Position numbers and translations under genes: made by a program. Below, piece by piece: positions 1 to 8,474 of a DNA stretch of 32,000 nucleotides. Numbering within the stretch: the stretch's first letter is position 1; each line of letters starts with the position of its first letter. This stretch comes from an uncultured Alphaproteobacteria bacterium. GTDB lineage: Bacteria; Pseudomonadota; Alphaproteobacteria; Rs-D84. A model generated the notes under the pieces. It searched no databases, was not told the origin of the DNA, and worked only from the letters and a program-made list of their open reading frames with translations. The stretch spans positions 690,001 through 722,000 of the forward strand of contig OZ007020.1 in the NCBI GenBank assembly GCA_963931495.1, read 5' to 3'.

Positions 1-17
1 TAACAAGGGGTTTAAGA

Positions 18-932
18 ATGCAAGAAATTATATTCATCGCATCTGATGGCCAAAAGTTGGTATGCACCATGTGGGACAAGGTTAAACGGCCAATTGGGGT
101 TGTGCAAATTATACATGGTATGGACGAACATGTTCGCAGATATGCACGATTTGCAAAATTCTTGAACAGCCATGGGTACATCGTGTTCGGTGATGATCAC
201 CGCGCGCATGGAAAAACCGCTGAACATCCATCAAAAATTGGTCAACCAAACGGGGCATACGATTTATTCGCGCAAACCGCCCAAGACGAAATGGAAATTG
301 CAAAATACTTAAAACAAAAATACAAAAAATTACCGCTGATGCTGTTCGGGCACAGTTATGGCAGTTTTATTACACAAAAAATTATGGAAAATCCTGATTT
401 ATGCGCCGCCGGTGTATGTTTGTCTGGGTCGGCAAAATACCCCGCCGCACTGGTGATGATTGCACGCGCCATGGCATTTGTTGGTATGCGATTATTTGGT
501 CCAGATGCCCCAGCCAGATTTTTAGAATTAATGTCCCCTATTCGCGGCAAACGCAAGGGAACCAGCAAACTGACGCGCGATGCAAAACAGGCTGCGAAAC
601 ACGACGCGGACCCATTACGTGCAAAATATTTTTCATATGGTTTTTATTATTCTTTGTTCAAAAACTTATCAAAATTAACCGGAAACATTAATCCGCAAAT
701 GCCGTTGTTAATAATCAGTGGCAGCCAAGATTTAGTCAGTTTTAACAGCCGATTTGCCACAAAATTGTACAGCATGTATAAATCACATAATATGAATAAC
801 CTGACGCTGATTATATATCCAAATGCACGACATGAACTGTTGATGGAAATAAACTATGCCCAGGTTCAAAATGATATATTAAAGTTCTTTAATTCTGTGG
901 CACGCAAACGTCCGCAAATGAAACAGAAATAA
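18..932 (+). CDS. alpha/beta hydrolase, lysophospholipase/monoacylglycerol-lipase-like
   Basis: 304-aa ORF. It has the nucleophile elbow GHSYG (GxSxG), an N-terminal 'IIHGMDEH...YIVFGDDHRAHGKT' region typical of the lysophospholipase-like subfamily, and a C-terminal 'ARHELLME' histidine region. Confidence 0.8.
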   Translation: MQEIIFIASDGQKLVCTMWDKVKRPIGVVQIIHGMDEHVRRYARFAKFLNSHGYIVFGDDHRAHGKTAEHPSKIGQPNGAYDLFAQTAQDEMEIAKYLKQKYKKLPLMLFGHSYGSFITQKIMENPDLCAAGVCLSGSAKYPAALVMIARAMAFVGMRLFGPDAPARFLELMSPIRGKRKGTSKLTRDAKQAAKHDADPLRAKYFSYGFYYSLFKNLSKLTGNINPQMPLLIISGSQDLVSFNSRFATKLYSMYKSHNMNNLTLIIYPNARHELLMEINYAQVQNDILKFFNSVARKRPQMKQK

Positions 933-1368
933 TTTTTGCCAAATCTGATACAGCAACCTGTACCTGGTATCCGATGCGACCGGCACTGAATATAATCGTA
1001 TCAAAGTTTTGGGCGGATGAATCAATAACCGTTGTAAAAAACTTTTTCATGCCAATCGGACTGCATCCGCCATGCACGTATCCTGTTAATCCCAACAATT
1101 CGCGTGATTTTAACATATCAATTGACTTTTCACCAACCGCGGTGGCGGCGCGCTTTAAGTCCAGTTCCATACACACAGGCAACATAAAAACATAGTTACG
1201 ACCAGAACGCGCAACAGTTACCAATGTCTTGAAAACCTGGGCCGGATTCTGCCCCAGTGCGGCGGCAACTTCGCCACCGTTTATTGCCCCTGTGCCAACA
1301 TATGAATACGATTTATATGGCACGCGATGCGCATCAAGAATTCGCATAACATTCGTTTTTGTTTCCAT
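889..1368 (-). CDS. ybaK: Cys-tRNA(Pro)/Cys-tRNA(Cys) deacylase, YbaK/EbsC family
   Basis: 'TNVMRILDAHRVPYKSYSY' and 'HGGCSPIGMKK' are typical of YbaK. The ATG at 1368 (METKTN) is preferred over the upstream ATG at 1398. The 3' end overlaps the convergent hydrolase gene by 44 nt. Confidence 0.75.
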   Translation of the reverse strand: METKTNVMRILDAHRVPYKSYSYVGTGAINGGEVAAALGQNPAQVFKTLVTVARSGRNYVFMLPVCMELDLKRAATAVGEKSIDMLKSRELLGLTGYVHGGCSPIGMKKFFTTVIDSSAQNFDTIIFSAGRIGYQVQVAVSDLAKIISVSFADVCVPQN

Positions 1369-1440
1369 AATATGACAGTATATAAAACACTTTATCACAC
1401 GTCAATCTTTGGATTATAATTTATATAACAAGGATACAAA

Positions 1441-1836
1441 ATGACAAATCAAAAATCATACCGTAACAAAATTATTGAATATGCCAACAAAACGTATGGC
1501 ACATCACCAGAATATTTATGGCGTGAACACCCGGGATATGCCGTGCTGCGTCGTGACGATAATAAAAAATGGTATGGAATTATTATGAACATTCCACGCA
1601 ATCGTATCGGAATGCCCAGCAGTGATATTATTGACGTATTAAATGTAAAATGCGATCCGGCATTATATGATTTTCTGTGTGGCGATGGCGGTTTTCGGCG
1701 CGGATATCATATGGGCGGAACGTGGATTTCAATTGTACTGGATGGATCGGTATCAATGCAACAGATTATCCCGCTGATTAACCGCAGTTATGAACTGGTC
1801 GCCAACAAAATTCCCCGGGCAAAGCGCAAAATATAG
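1441..1836 (+). CDS. MmcQ/YjbR family DNA-binding protein
   Basis: 131 aa. 'PEYLWREHPGYAVLRRDDNKKWYGIIMNIPRNRIG' matches the characteristic YjbR-family core. Confidence 0.7.
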   Translation: MTNQKSYRNKIIEYANKTYGTSPEYLWREHPGYAVLRRDDNKKWYGIIMNIPRNRIGMPSSDIIDVLNVKCDPALYDFLCGDGGFRRGYHMGGTWISIVLDGSVSMQQIIPLINRSYELVANKIPRAKRKI

Positions 1837-1839
1837 ATA

Positions 1840-2952
1840 TCACGCACGCGACGCGCCGGCGCCAAACGTCGGCACAGGACGACTGTAAACACGGATATTA
1901 TTGAATACAAAATATACTTTTTTATTGTCGCGAATTCGTGTTTTGTATACTGGTTGAATCACCGAATAAAATGCGCGCACTAAACGATACCACGGATTGT
2001 GCGGATGCGCGATTATTTGTAATTTCATCCACGCACGGTCATCAAAACTGTTACGTGACAAATCCCCAGATTTCAAAATCCCCCTGAATTCATCAGAAAA
2101 ACGTTTCAGAAATTGATTATATGCATCGCCACCCAACCGGTGCAAGTTCCATACATATGTTGTATAGCGACCGTATGCAAGCAATTTTCGCATACCATCA
2201 TCCATCATATTGTGCGCCATCAAATAATCATACACAGAATCATATTCATCACAGACGCAAAATATTTTGCCTGTTGATTTAACCGAAGAATTCGCATTGT
2301 CACAACGATAATGTAAATATGCCTTATCCGTTAAATACGAACGCCGAGCCATTGCCCATACCTTGAAATTAAATCCGGTATCTTGGTAACTGGCCCCGGG
2401 TGATTCCAAAAACCGAATATTATTTCTGACTAAAAAATCACGGCGATATATTGCCGACCATATTGCCGGAAAATGGAAAAACAATGTCGGATTTGCACGG
2501 CCAACAATTAAACGCCCACAATCATCTGGGGGTAACGCCCCCAAGAATTTATTAACGACGGCACCTGTTGGTGTGTATTCGTAAAAATTGCTTTTTACAA
2601 CGTCGCAATCGTTTTCTTTGGCAATTGTATACAACGATTCAAACATATCGGGTTCGGCCCAATCATCTGATTCCACAATCCCAACGTATTCCCCCGTTGC
2701 CGCATCCAATCCGCGGTTCATAGATTTGCCGTATCCTTCATTTTCTTTATCTATTATCTTGATTCTTTTATCTTTGGCGGCGTATTCTTTTATGATACCC
2801 AGCGTACCATCTGTGGACCCGTCATTAATACATATGATTTCAATGTCAGTTAATGTTTGATTCACAATGCTGTCCAGGCATTCACGCAAATACGCTTCAA
2901 CGTTATAGCATGGGACCAGAATTGATACACTTGGTTGGTGTTTTTTTGGCAT
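1840..2952 (-). CDS. family 2 glycosyltransferase
   Basis: The N-terminus 'VSILVPCYNVEAYLRECLDSIVNQTLTDIEIICINDGSTDGT' and the 'ESDD' DxD-like motif are GT2 features. The start overlaps the glf stop by 1 nt (TAATG), suggesting translational coupling. Confidence 0.85.
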   Translation of the reverse strand: MPKKHQPSVSILVPCYNVEAYLRECLDSIVNQTLTDIEIICINDGSTDGTLGIIKEYAAKDKRIKIIDKENEGYGKSMNRGLDAATGEYVGIVESDDWAEPDMFESLYTIAKENDCDVVKSNFYEYTPTGAVVNKFLGALPPDDCGRLIVGRANPTLFFHFPAIWSAIYRRDFLVRNNIRFLESPGASYQDTGFNFKVWAMARRSYLTDKAYLHYRCDNANSSVKSTGKIFCVCDEYDSVYDYLMAHNMMDDGMRKLLAYGRYTTYVWNLHRLGGDAYNQFLKRFSDEFRGILKSGDLSRNSFDDRAWMKLQIIAHPHNPWYRLVRAFYSVIQPVYKTRIRDNKKVYFVFNNIRVYSRPVPTFGAGASRA

Positions 2953-4043
2953 TATTTTATCCCTTTGATTAATTCCAAACAGCGTGCAACCGCCTTGTCC
3001 ATATCATAGTACTTATAATCGCCCAACCGACCAAAGAAATATACATTCGGCATATCTTTGGCCAAAGACAAATAATGGTGATACAATTCCGCATTCACAT
3101 CGTTCGCGATTGGGTAATACCGGTCGTTCTTGCCGTTTTCAAACGCTTCGGGGTATTCATACGACACAATCGTTTTGTCTGATTGATCGTTCAAGAAATG
3201 TTTATATTCGCCGATACGCGTAAAATCATAGTTACATGGATAATTCACAACCGCAACATCTTGGAACCGGGAATACGGAAAGGTAATAAATTCAAAACGT
3301 TCACTGCGATACGGTAATTGACCATACCGATAATCAAAAAATTCATCAATGCTGCCCGTCCAGAACAAACGATCGTATTTCATGTTTTTTGAAAACGGGG
3401 TCTTTAACTTTACAGTAATATTTTTATGATTCAGCATATTTTTTATCATCGCGGTGTATCCACCAATCGGAATGCCTTGGTATTTGTCTTGGAAATAGCG
3501 ATCGTCGCGTGAAATATATACCGGCACGCGCCCAGATACAGACGGATCAATTTCATCCGGCGTCTGGCCCCACTGTTTTAACGTATATTCCAGAAATATT
3601 TTTTCATAAATGTACTGGGCCAAAAATTGCAAATCTTTGTCATCTTTCTTGCGTAATTCCAAAATTGGCACCTTTACATTCATGCCAAAATTATCCAGCA
3701 ATTTTTGTTCTATTTTGTTTGCAATGCTGGCCGGGAATAATGCATGCAATGAATTCAGATTAAATGGTATCGGAACAATTTGCCCATCAATCAATCCACG
3801 AACCCGATGCTGGTACGGATACCATTGGCAAAAACGGCTGATAAAATCCCACACATCCTTGTTTGATGTATGAAAAATATGCGTACCATATTTGTGTACG
3901 CATATCCCATCACTGTAATAATCATAAATGTTACCGGCAATATGATTTTTTGAATCTATGATAACAACCTGTTCACCCTGGTCGGCCAGCAATCGTGCCA
4001 TCGTCGCCCCGGATATTCCACATCCCACAATTAAATTTTTCAT
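2952..4043 (-). CDS. glf: UDP-galactopyranose mutase
   Basis: The FAD-binding N-terminus 'KNLIVGCGISGATMARLLADQGEQVVIIDSKNHIAGN', 'HKYGTHIFHT' and 'FFGRLGDYKYYDMD' fit Glf. The ATG at 4043 is preferred over the TTG at 4049. Confidence 0.9.
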   Translation of the reverse strand: MKNLIVGCGISGATMARLLADQGEQVVIIDSKNHIAGNIYDYYSDGICVHKYGTHIFHTSNKDVWDFISRFCQWYPYQHRVRGLIDGQIVPIPFNLNSLHALFPASIANKIEQKLLDNFGMNVKVPILELRKKDDKDLQFLAQYIYEKIFLEYTLKQWGQTPDEIDPSVSGRVPVYISRDDRYFQDKYQGIPIGGYTAMIKNMLNHKNITVKLKTPFSKNMKYDRLFWTGSIDEFFDYRYGQLPYRSERFEFITFPYSRFQDVAVVNYPCNYDFTRIGEYKHFLNDQSDKTIVSYEYPEAFENGKNDRYYPIANDVNAELYHHYLSLAKDMPNVYFFGRLGDYKYYDMDKAVARCLELIKGIK

Positions 4044-4243
4044 ATGCAACCACTTTTTCTTGTTCAGATTACCATATGATTCTAGAAAAAAATTATATAA
4101 AAGTCAATTATACTTGTTTGTGCGCGCCCGCATAAAAGCACATGGACAGATATGTACAAAATGGTTTTGTTAATCTGGTCATTATTTAGAATTAAATTTT
4201 TCATATCTTGATTTTTGTAATAGCAAAAGCGAGGCTGATATGA

Positions 4244-4522
4244 ATAAATTACTTTTTGTTTTACCGCTATTACTTGTCGGCTGATGATAATGTAAATGAC
4301 ACCATCGTCAATTTATTCCACGCAGTGCAACATATATCGGATAATTTCATAAAAAGTTCGGAAGTTGCCACAAAACGCACCATCTTAAAATCAATCTTCC
4401 GAACTTTACAATTAAAAGACACAACCCTTTGTTATGACTTAAATTTTCCGTTTAATGTACTATACAAAAACACTGAAAATAACAAGTGGCGGTGCAAGAA
4501 ACATTTTACCTTTGGCTTATGA
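4244..4522 (+). pseudogene. possible C-terminal remnant of a recombinase-type gene
   Basis: The open frame has no ATG start and is an isolated 90-codon fragment. 'KRTILKSIFRTLQLKDTTLCYDLNFPFNVL' resembles, from memory only, the C-terminal tail of some large serine recombinases. Confidence 0.2.
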
Positions 4523-4554
4523 AAGACCTGCGCCCGACAATACGAACGAAAGGG

Positions 4555-4745
4555 TTAAAAACAGGGAAAAACAGGGAATTTTTGCAAAAAACGGTATTTT
4601 TTTGGCAATTTTACACAACTCAGACTAGAACGCGCCCGCAGATTTTCGGTGTTTTTACCCTATTCCACACAAAAATTCCCTACAAAAATAACAGGGAATT
4701 TTTTGAAACATAACAGGGAATTATCAGCGAATAACAGGGACTATT
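4555..4745 (+). repeat. ACAGGGAAT-rich repeat element, copy A
   Basis: ACAGGGAA(T/A) occurs at 4561, 4571, 4691 and 4713, and ACAGGGA at 4734. A palindrome AAAATTCCCT-N11-AGGGAATTTT spans 4672-4702. Motif order matches copy B. Confidence 0.8.
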
Positions 4746-4746
4746 T

Positions 4747-5217
4747 TTAATTATTATGAACAACCACATCTAGGCCCTCAGAATCAGATATAGGCTTATA
4801 TCTAGGTAGATTTTCATCAAAAAAGCGTTCATCAACAGACAACTGTTCTGCGTCTTTACTACGAGCTAGGGTTCTTTGTTTTGCTAAATCTATATCACAA
4901 TTTACTTGGTGCCATAAAGCTTTAGCGCCTAGCTTTTTAAGTCTTTGCCTAACATATTTTCTGTCATCAGCAGACCAAGAACCAGCATCATATATAACAT
5001 CTTGGTCATTTTTTATGGCTAAAGCTATTTGTTCCCATATATATTCGTCTACTTTATTGGCTTTATCCATAAAATCGTCACCAACTTCTGTACCAAAAAG
5101 TTCTATCATAACCTCATCTGGCGTAAATCTTCGTGCGCCAAGTTGTTTTTCCAGTTGCTTTGCAATTGTTGTTTTACCAAAACCTATATACCCACACATT
5201 AAATGAACTGTTGACAT
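4747..5217 (-). CDS. P-loop kinase-like ATP-binding protein (AAA_33-like)
   Basis: A Walker A motif 'GYIGFGKTT' sits near the N-terminus, and the ~156-aa size fits small predicted kinases. A GGAGGA Shine-Dalgarno sequence lies just upstream of the ATG at 5217, so the ORF-track start at 5253 is rejected. Confidence 0.65.
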   Translation of the reverse strand: MSTVHLMCGYIGFGKTTIAKQLEKQLGARRFTPDEVMIELFGTEVGDDFMDKANKVDEYIWEQIALAIKNDQDVIYDAGSWSADDRKYVRQRLKKLGAKALWHQVNCDIDLAKQRTLARSKDAEQLSVDERFFDENLPRYKPISDSEGLDVVVHNN

Positions 5218-5370
5218 AATATCCTCCACACGAGTTTTTACGCCTAAAAACAAACTTTATGATACTCATGATTTTATAAAGTGTAAACATCAAAAACAAT
5301 AAAACTTATCTAAGATTTTACCTTGTTTTTTGGGTAGCATGTGATACTTTTCAAAAAAAGGACCGCAAAC

Positions 5371-5595
5371 ATGCCGCAACAAGCAAAATCTTCTGACTAT
5401 CTGAATAAAATTGTATCTGTTGTTATGGACAGACCATTGGGCACAAAGCACCCAAAACATGGCTTTGTATATGAAGTAAACTACGGCTATATTCCAAACA
5501 CAGTTTCTGGTGACGGCGAAGAGCTTGACGCATATGTTTTAGGCATAGATAAACCACTAAAAGAATTCACAGGACGCTGTGTGGCGGAGTTGTAA
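5371..5595 (+). pseudogene. 3'-truncated small inorganic-pyrophosphatase-like gene
   Basis: 'DRPLGTKHPKHGFVYEVNYGYIPNTVSGDGEELDAYVLGIDKPLKEFTGRCVA' matches the small PPase-like family. That family normally continues with an (I/V)IHR..D.DDKL segment; here the frame stops after 'CVAEL', where repeat copy B begins. Confidence 0.55.
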
Positions 5596-5616
5596 TAAAT
5601 GACGGTATTAGATATC

Positions 5617-5775
5617 CAATTTACAGGGTATTTACAGGGAATTTTTATGAAAAATACGTTATTTTACCGTAAATCATGCTACTGTAAGGCTTGTAACACG
5701 CCACTTTTATTCAAAATTCCCTATTCAAAAAGCAGGGAATTATTTTATATTAACAGGGAATTTGCCACTATTATA
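5617..5775 (+). repeat. ACAGGGAAT-rich repeat element, copy B
   Basis: ACAGGGTA occurs at 5623, ACAGGGAAT at 5634 and 5753, and a degenerate GCAGGGAAT at 5732. A palindrome AAAATTCCCT-N11-AGGGAATT spans 5713-5741. It is collinear with copy A and in the same orientation. Confidence 0.8.
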
Positions 5776-5832
5776 TTTGACTTTCACTTCCAATCCATCA
5801 TATTATGACATCTAAGCAAGGATGATACCAAA

Positions 5833-6606
5833 ATGGTGGGAATCTGTAAATTTTGCGGTAAAGAAAAAGAATTGGTACAATCGCATATTATACCAAAGTG
5901 TTTACATATAACAAATCAAGGTAGAATGGTTGGAATAAATGCAACCACAAAATTTGATACGAACCCTAATACACAAAATGGTTATAAAGAACGTCTTTTA
6001 TGTGCAGATTGTGATAACAAACTCGGTGTTTTTGATAATTATGCCAAAAAATTCTTTTACGATATTATACCAAATGCATCAACAGATGTAAGCGATGGAT
6101 TTAATATATATTATATTAGATCTGATAAATTTGATTATGAAAAACTTTATAAATTCTTTGTGTCTGTTTTATGGCGTTGTGGCATTTCTTCTAAAAGAGT
6201 CGATTTAAAAAAATATCAACAAATTGCGTTCGATATATTAACCGACAAAGCACCGATACAACCAGACTTATTTTTGCCAATAATTTGCAAAAAAGAAGTG
6301 GAACATCCATCAAATTATGCAACAGGTATGTCTCCCGGCAGATTTGCGGGTAAGTATGCATACTGTTTGAAAATACCGGGTTATGAAATAACGATTGTTG
6401 TAAATACAAAAGATTCATCTGATCCTAAAAGTATCGACACGTATAAAACATATTTTTGTAAAAACTGTATAAAAGTAATAAAGATGAACACATTATCAAC
6501 AGTTGATAAATTATTGTCACATAAAGTTGAACTTAATAAAAAACAATGCCAAATTAATAAAATATTAACAAATAAAAAGTCCCGGGTTCCTGGGATAAAA
6601 AATTAA
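5833..6606 (+). CDS. hypothetical protein with N-terminal HNH-like Cys4 zinc-ribbon module
   Basis: 'CKFCGKEKELVQSHIIPK' and, about 38 aa later, 'LLCADCDNKLGVFD' follow the CxxC...H(I/V)(I/V)P...CxxC(N/D)xxxG layout of HNH_5-type nucleases. The remaining ~185 aa show no recognisable motif. Confidence 0.35.
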   Translation: MVGICKFCGKEKELVQSHIIPKCLHITNQGRMVGINATTKFDTNPNTQNGYKERLLCADCDNKLGVFDNYAKKFFYDIIPNASTDVSDGFNIYYIRSDKFDYEKLYKFFVSVLWRCGISSKRVDLKKYQQIAFDILTDKAPIQPDLFLPIICKKEVEHPSNYATGMSPGRFAGKYAYCLKIPGYEITIVVNTKDSSDPKSIDTYKTYFCKNCIKVIKMNTLSTVDKLLSHKVELNKKQCQINKILTNKKSRVPGIKN

Positions 6607-6757
6607 CTTTCCCAGATTTCTGTGGCAAATCCGTTTTCAACTGAAAAATTAGCAAATTTCCGCATATTACGTTTGAAAATAAAACGAATCCCGTTATTAA
6701 TGAAAGTATAGGGGGAGAAAGGAGGCGCATAAATATAAGGAACAAAGGAGGTGTGCA

Positions 6758-8077
6758 ATGGGTGCACTAGTATTTGAAAATTTAAAAGTTGCGGATATTC
6801 ATGGTTATGAACATAACGCAAAAACGCATCCTGAATCTCAGGTGCAACAAATCATATCTTCCATAACCAAGTTTGGTTTTAATAATCCAATATTAATCGA
6901 TGAAAACAATGAAATTATCGCAGGCCACGGTCGTTTTATGGCCGCCCAAGCAATGAATCTGGAAACAGTTCCGACTGTAAAACTTTCCCACTTAACAGAT
7001 GCCCAAAAACGTGCATACAGGTTGGCCGATAACAAGATTGCCGAAAACGGTGGATGGAATAAAGAATTGTTAAGTCTGGAAATCAAAGATTTGGAAAAGA
7101 TATGCTTGAACGATAATTTTGTAATCCAAGACATTGGATTTAATGATGCGGAATTGGATTCTATCGTTAATTTTACAGATGCAAAAGTAATCAATCAGAA
7201 AACCAATGCTGTTCCATTTATACCAGAAGATGAAATCATATCCAAACCTGGTGATATATGGCAATTAGGCAAACATCGCATAATCTGTGGTAACAGTTTA
7301 AACCCAAAAACGTTTGCAAAACTGTTTGAAAATGATAAGGCAAACATGGTTCTACAAGATCCACCATATAATGTGAAAATTGATGGGCATGTCTGCGGTT
7401 CTGGGACGGTAAAGCATAAAGAATTTGCCATGGCATCTGGTGAAATGACCACAAATGAATTCACAAAGTTTTTGGAAACCAATTTCAATCTGTGTAAACA
7501 ATATTCCAAAGATGGTTCTTTGCACTATAACTTTATGGATTGGCGGCATATATTGGAAATAACAACTGCCGGGCAATCGGTGTTTGATAAATTCATCAAT
7601 ATGTGTGTATGGGGCAAAACATCTGGTGGTATGGGTAGTTTGTACAGAAGCCAACATGAACTATGTTTTATATTCCAAAACGGCAAAGAATCACATAATA
7701 ACAACGTCCAACTTGGTAAATATGGCAGATACAGAACCAATGTATGGCAATATGCAGGCGTGAATACTTTTGGCAAACATAAACAAGACGGCATCATGCA
7801 TCCAACGGTTAAGCCCGTAGAAATGCTAAAAGATGCAATGTTGGATGTATCAAAACGTGGTGATATTGTGTTGGACAGTTTTCTTGGCTCGGGTAGCACT
7901 TTAATTGCATGTCAACAATCTGGACGCATTTGTTATGGCATAGAATATGAACCGTTGTACATCGATACAACAATACGCAGGTTTCAGAATTTATTCGGGA
8001 TAGATGCGATAAATTTATCCATCGGTAAAACATACAATGAATTGTTGAAAGAACACAAAGGGAGCAATAATGTCTGA
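6758..8077 (+). CDS. ParB-like nuclease domain / DNA N6-adenine or N4-cytosine methyltransferase fusion (phage-type)
   Basis: The N-terminus 'NPILIDENNEIIAGHGRFMAA' is ParB/Srx-like. Motif IV 'LQDPPYN' precedes motif I 'LDSFLGSGSTLIA', which is the beta-class order. A GGAGG Shine-Dalgarno sequence lies upstream of the ATG. Confidence 0.85.
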   Translation: MGALVFENLKVADIHGYEHNAKTHPESQVQQIISSITKFGFNNPILIDENNEIIAGHGRFMAAQAMNLETVPTVKLSHLTDAQKRAYRLADNKIAENGGWNKELLSLEIKDLEKICLNDNFVIQDIGFNDAELDSIVNFTDAKVINQKTNAVPFIPEDEIISKPGDIWQLGKHRIICGNSLNPKTFAKLFENDKANMVLQDPPYNVKIDGHVCGSGTVKHKEFAMASGEMTTNEFTKFLETNFNLCKQYSKDGSLHYNFMDWRHILEITTAGQSVFDKFINMCVWGKTSGGMGSLYRSQHELCFIFQNGKESHNNNVQLGKYGRYRTNVWQYAGVNTFGKHKQDGIMHPTVKPVEMLKDAMLDVSKRGDIVLDSFLGSGSTLIACQQSGRICYGIEYEPLYIDTTIRRFQNLFGIDAINLSIGKTYNELLKEHKGSNNV

Positions 8078-8474
8078 TTATGAAATAGGATATGGCCGCC
8101 CACCAAAATCGACCAGATTTAAACCTGGTCAATCGGGCAACCCCAAAGGTCGTCCAAAGGGTTCAACTAACCTTGAAAATTTGTTAAATAAAGCGTTGGA
8201 TGCGAAAGTAACAATCGAAACCCCAAACGGCACCAAAAGAATAACAAAACGCGAAGCAATAATGTTGAAATGGGTAAACCAAGCTTTATCTGGTGACTCA
8301 AAATCAATACAAGCATTATTGCCATGGATTGCAAAGGCCGATGAACATAAAAACAAGATTGCACAAATGCTTGAAGACGTAAGTGAAGAAGATAAAGAAA
8401 TATTGAAAGGTTTTGCAAATGGGAATCAAACAAATAACACCACAACGCCGGTTGCAGGCGATATTGCGGAATGA
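8070..8474 (+). CDS. DUF5681-type phage protein (terminase-small-subunit-associated)
   Basis: The 'GRPPKSTRFKPGQSGNPKGRPKGS' N-terminal signature is typical of DUF5681 proteins found upstream of terminase large subunits in alphaproteobacterial phages. The gene overlaps the upstream gene by 8 nt. Confidence 0.7.
   Translation: MSDYEIGYGRPPKSTRFKPGQSGNPKGRPKGSTNLENLLNKALDAKVTIETPNGTKRITKREAIMLKWVNQALSGDSKSIQALLPWIAKADEHKNKIAQMLEDVSEEDKEILKGFANGNQTNNTTTPVAGDIAE

Noticed and set aside
889-932. 44-nt 3' overlap of the convergent hydrolase and ybaK genes
   Set aside because: This is noted as unusual but is most simply explained by compact genome organisation. There is no evidence of an antisense regulatory role from sequence alone.
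4488-4560. Search for a duplicate of the tRNA-Ser 3' end (a direct-repeat att site) at the left island edge
   Set aside because: Only a TGGCGG hexamer (4488) and a loose 'CGAACGAAAGGG' stretch were seen. There is no T-arm or acceptor match long enough to call.
4121-4640. Three occurrences of GCGCCCG(C/A)A in otherwise AT-rich DNA (about 4123, 4527 and 4631)
   Set aside because: The shared core is too short (7-9 nt) and has no consistent flanks, so it cannot be distinguished from chance without genome-wide counts.
4486-4713. 75-aa ORF (4486..4713, plus strand) and 69-aa ORF (5599..5808, plus strand) running through the ACAGGGAAT repeat elements
   Set aside because: Their reading frames are made of the repeat motifs themselves, with no Shine-Dalgarno sequence and low-complexity translations. 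They are better explained as non-coding repeat DNA.
4747-5595. Kinase and PPase-like pair considered as a toxin-antitoxin module
   Set aside because: The genes are divergent rather than co-transcribed, one is truncated, and neither matches a known toxin or antitoxin family by motif.
4555-5775. Possibility that the ACAGGGAAT repeats form a CRISPR array or integron attC sites
   Set aside because: The repeat units are only 9-13 nt with irregular spacing, and there are no cas genes, so a CRISPR array is ruled out. For attC, there is no intI gene, no GTTRRRY core and no R''-L''/L'-R' geometry.
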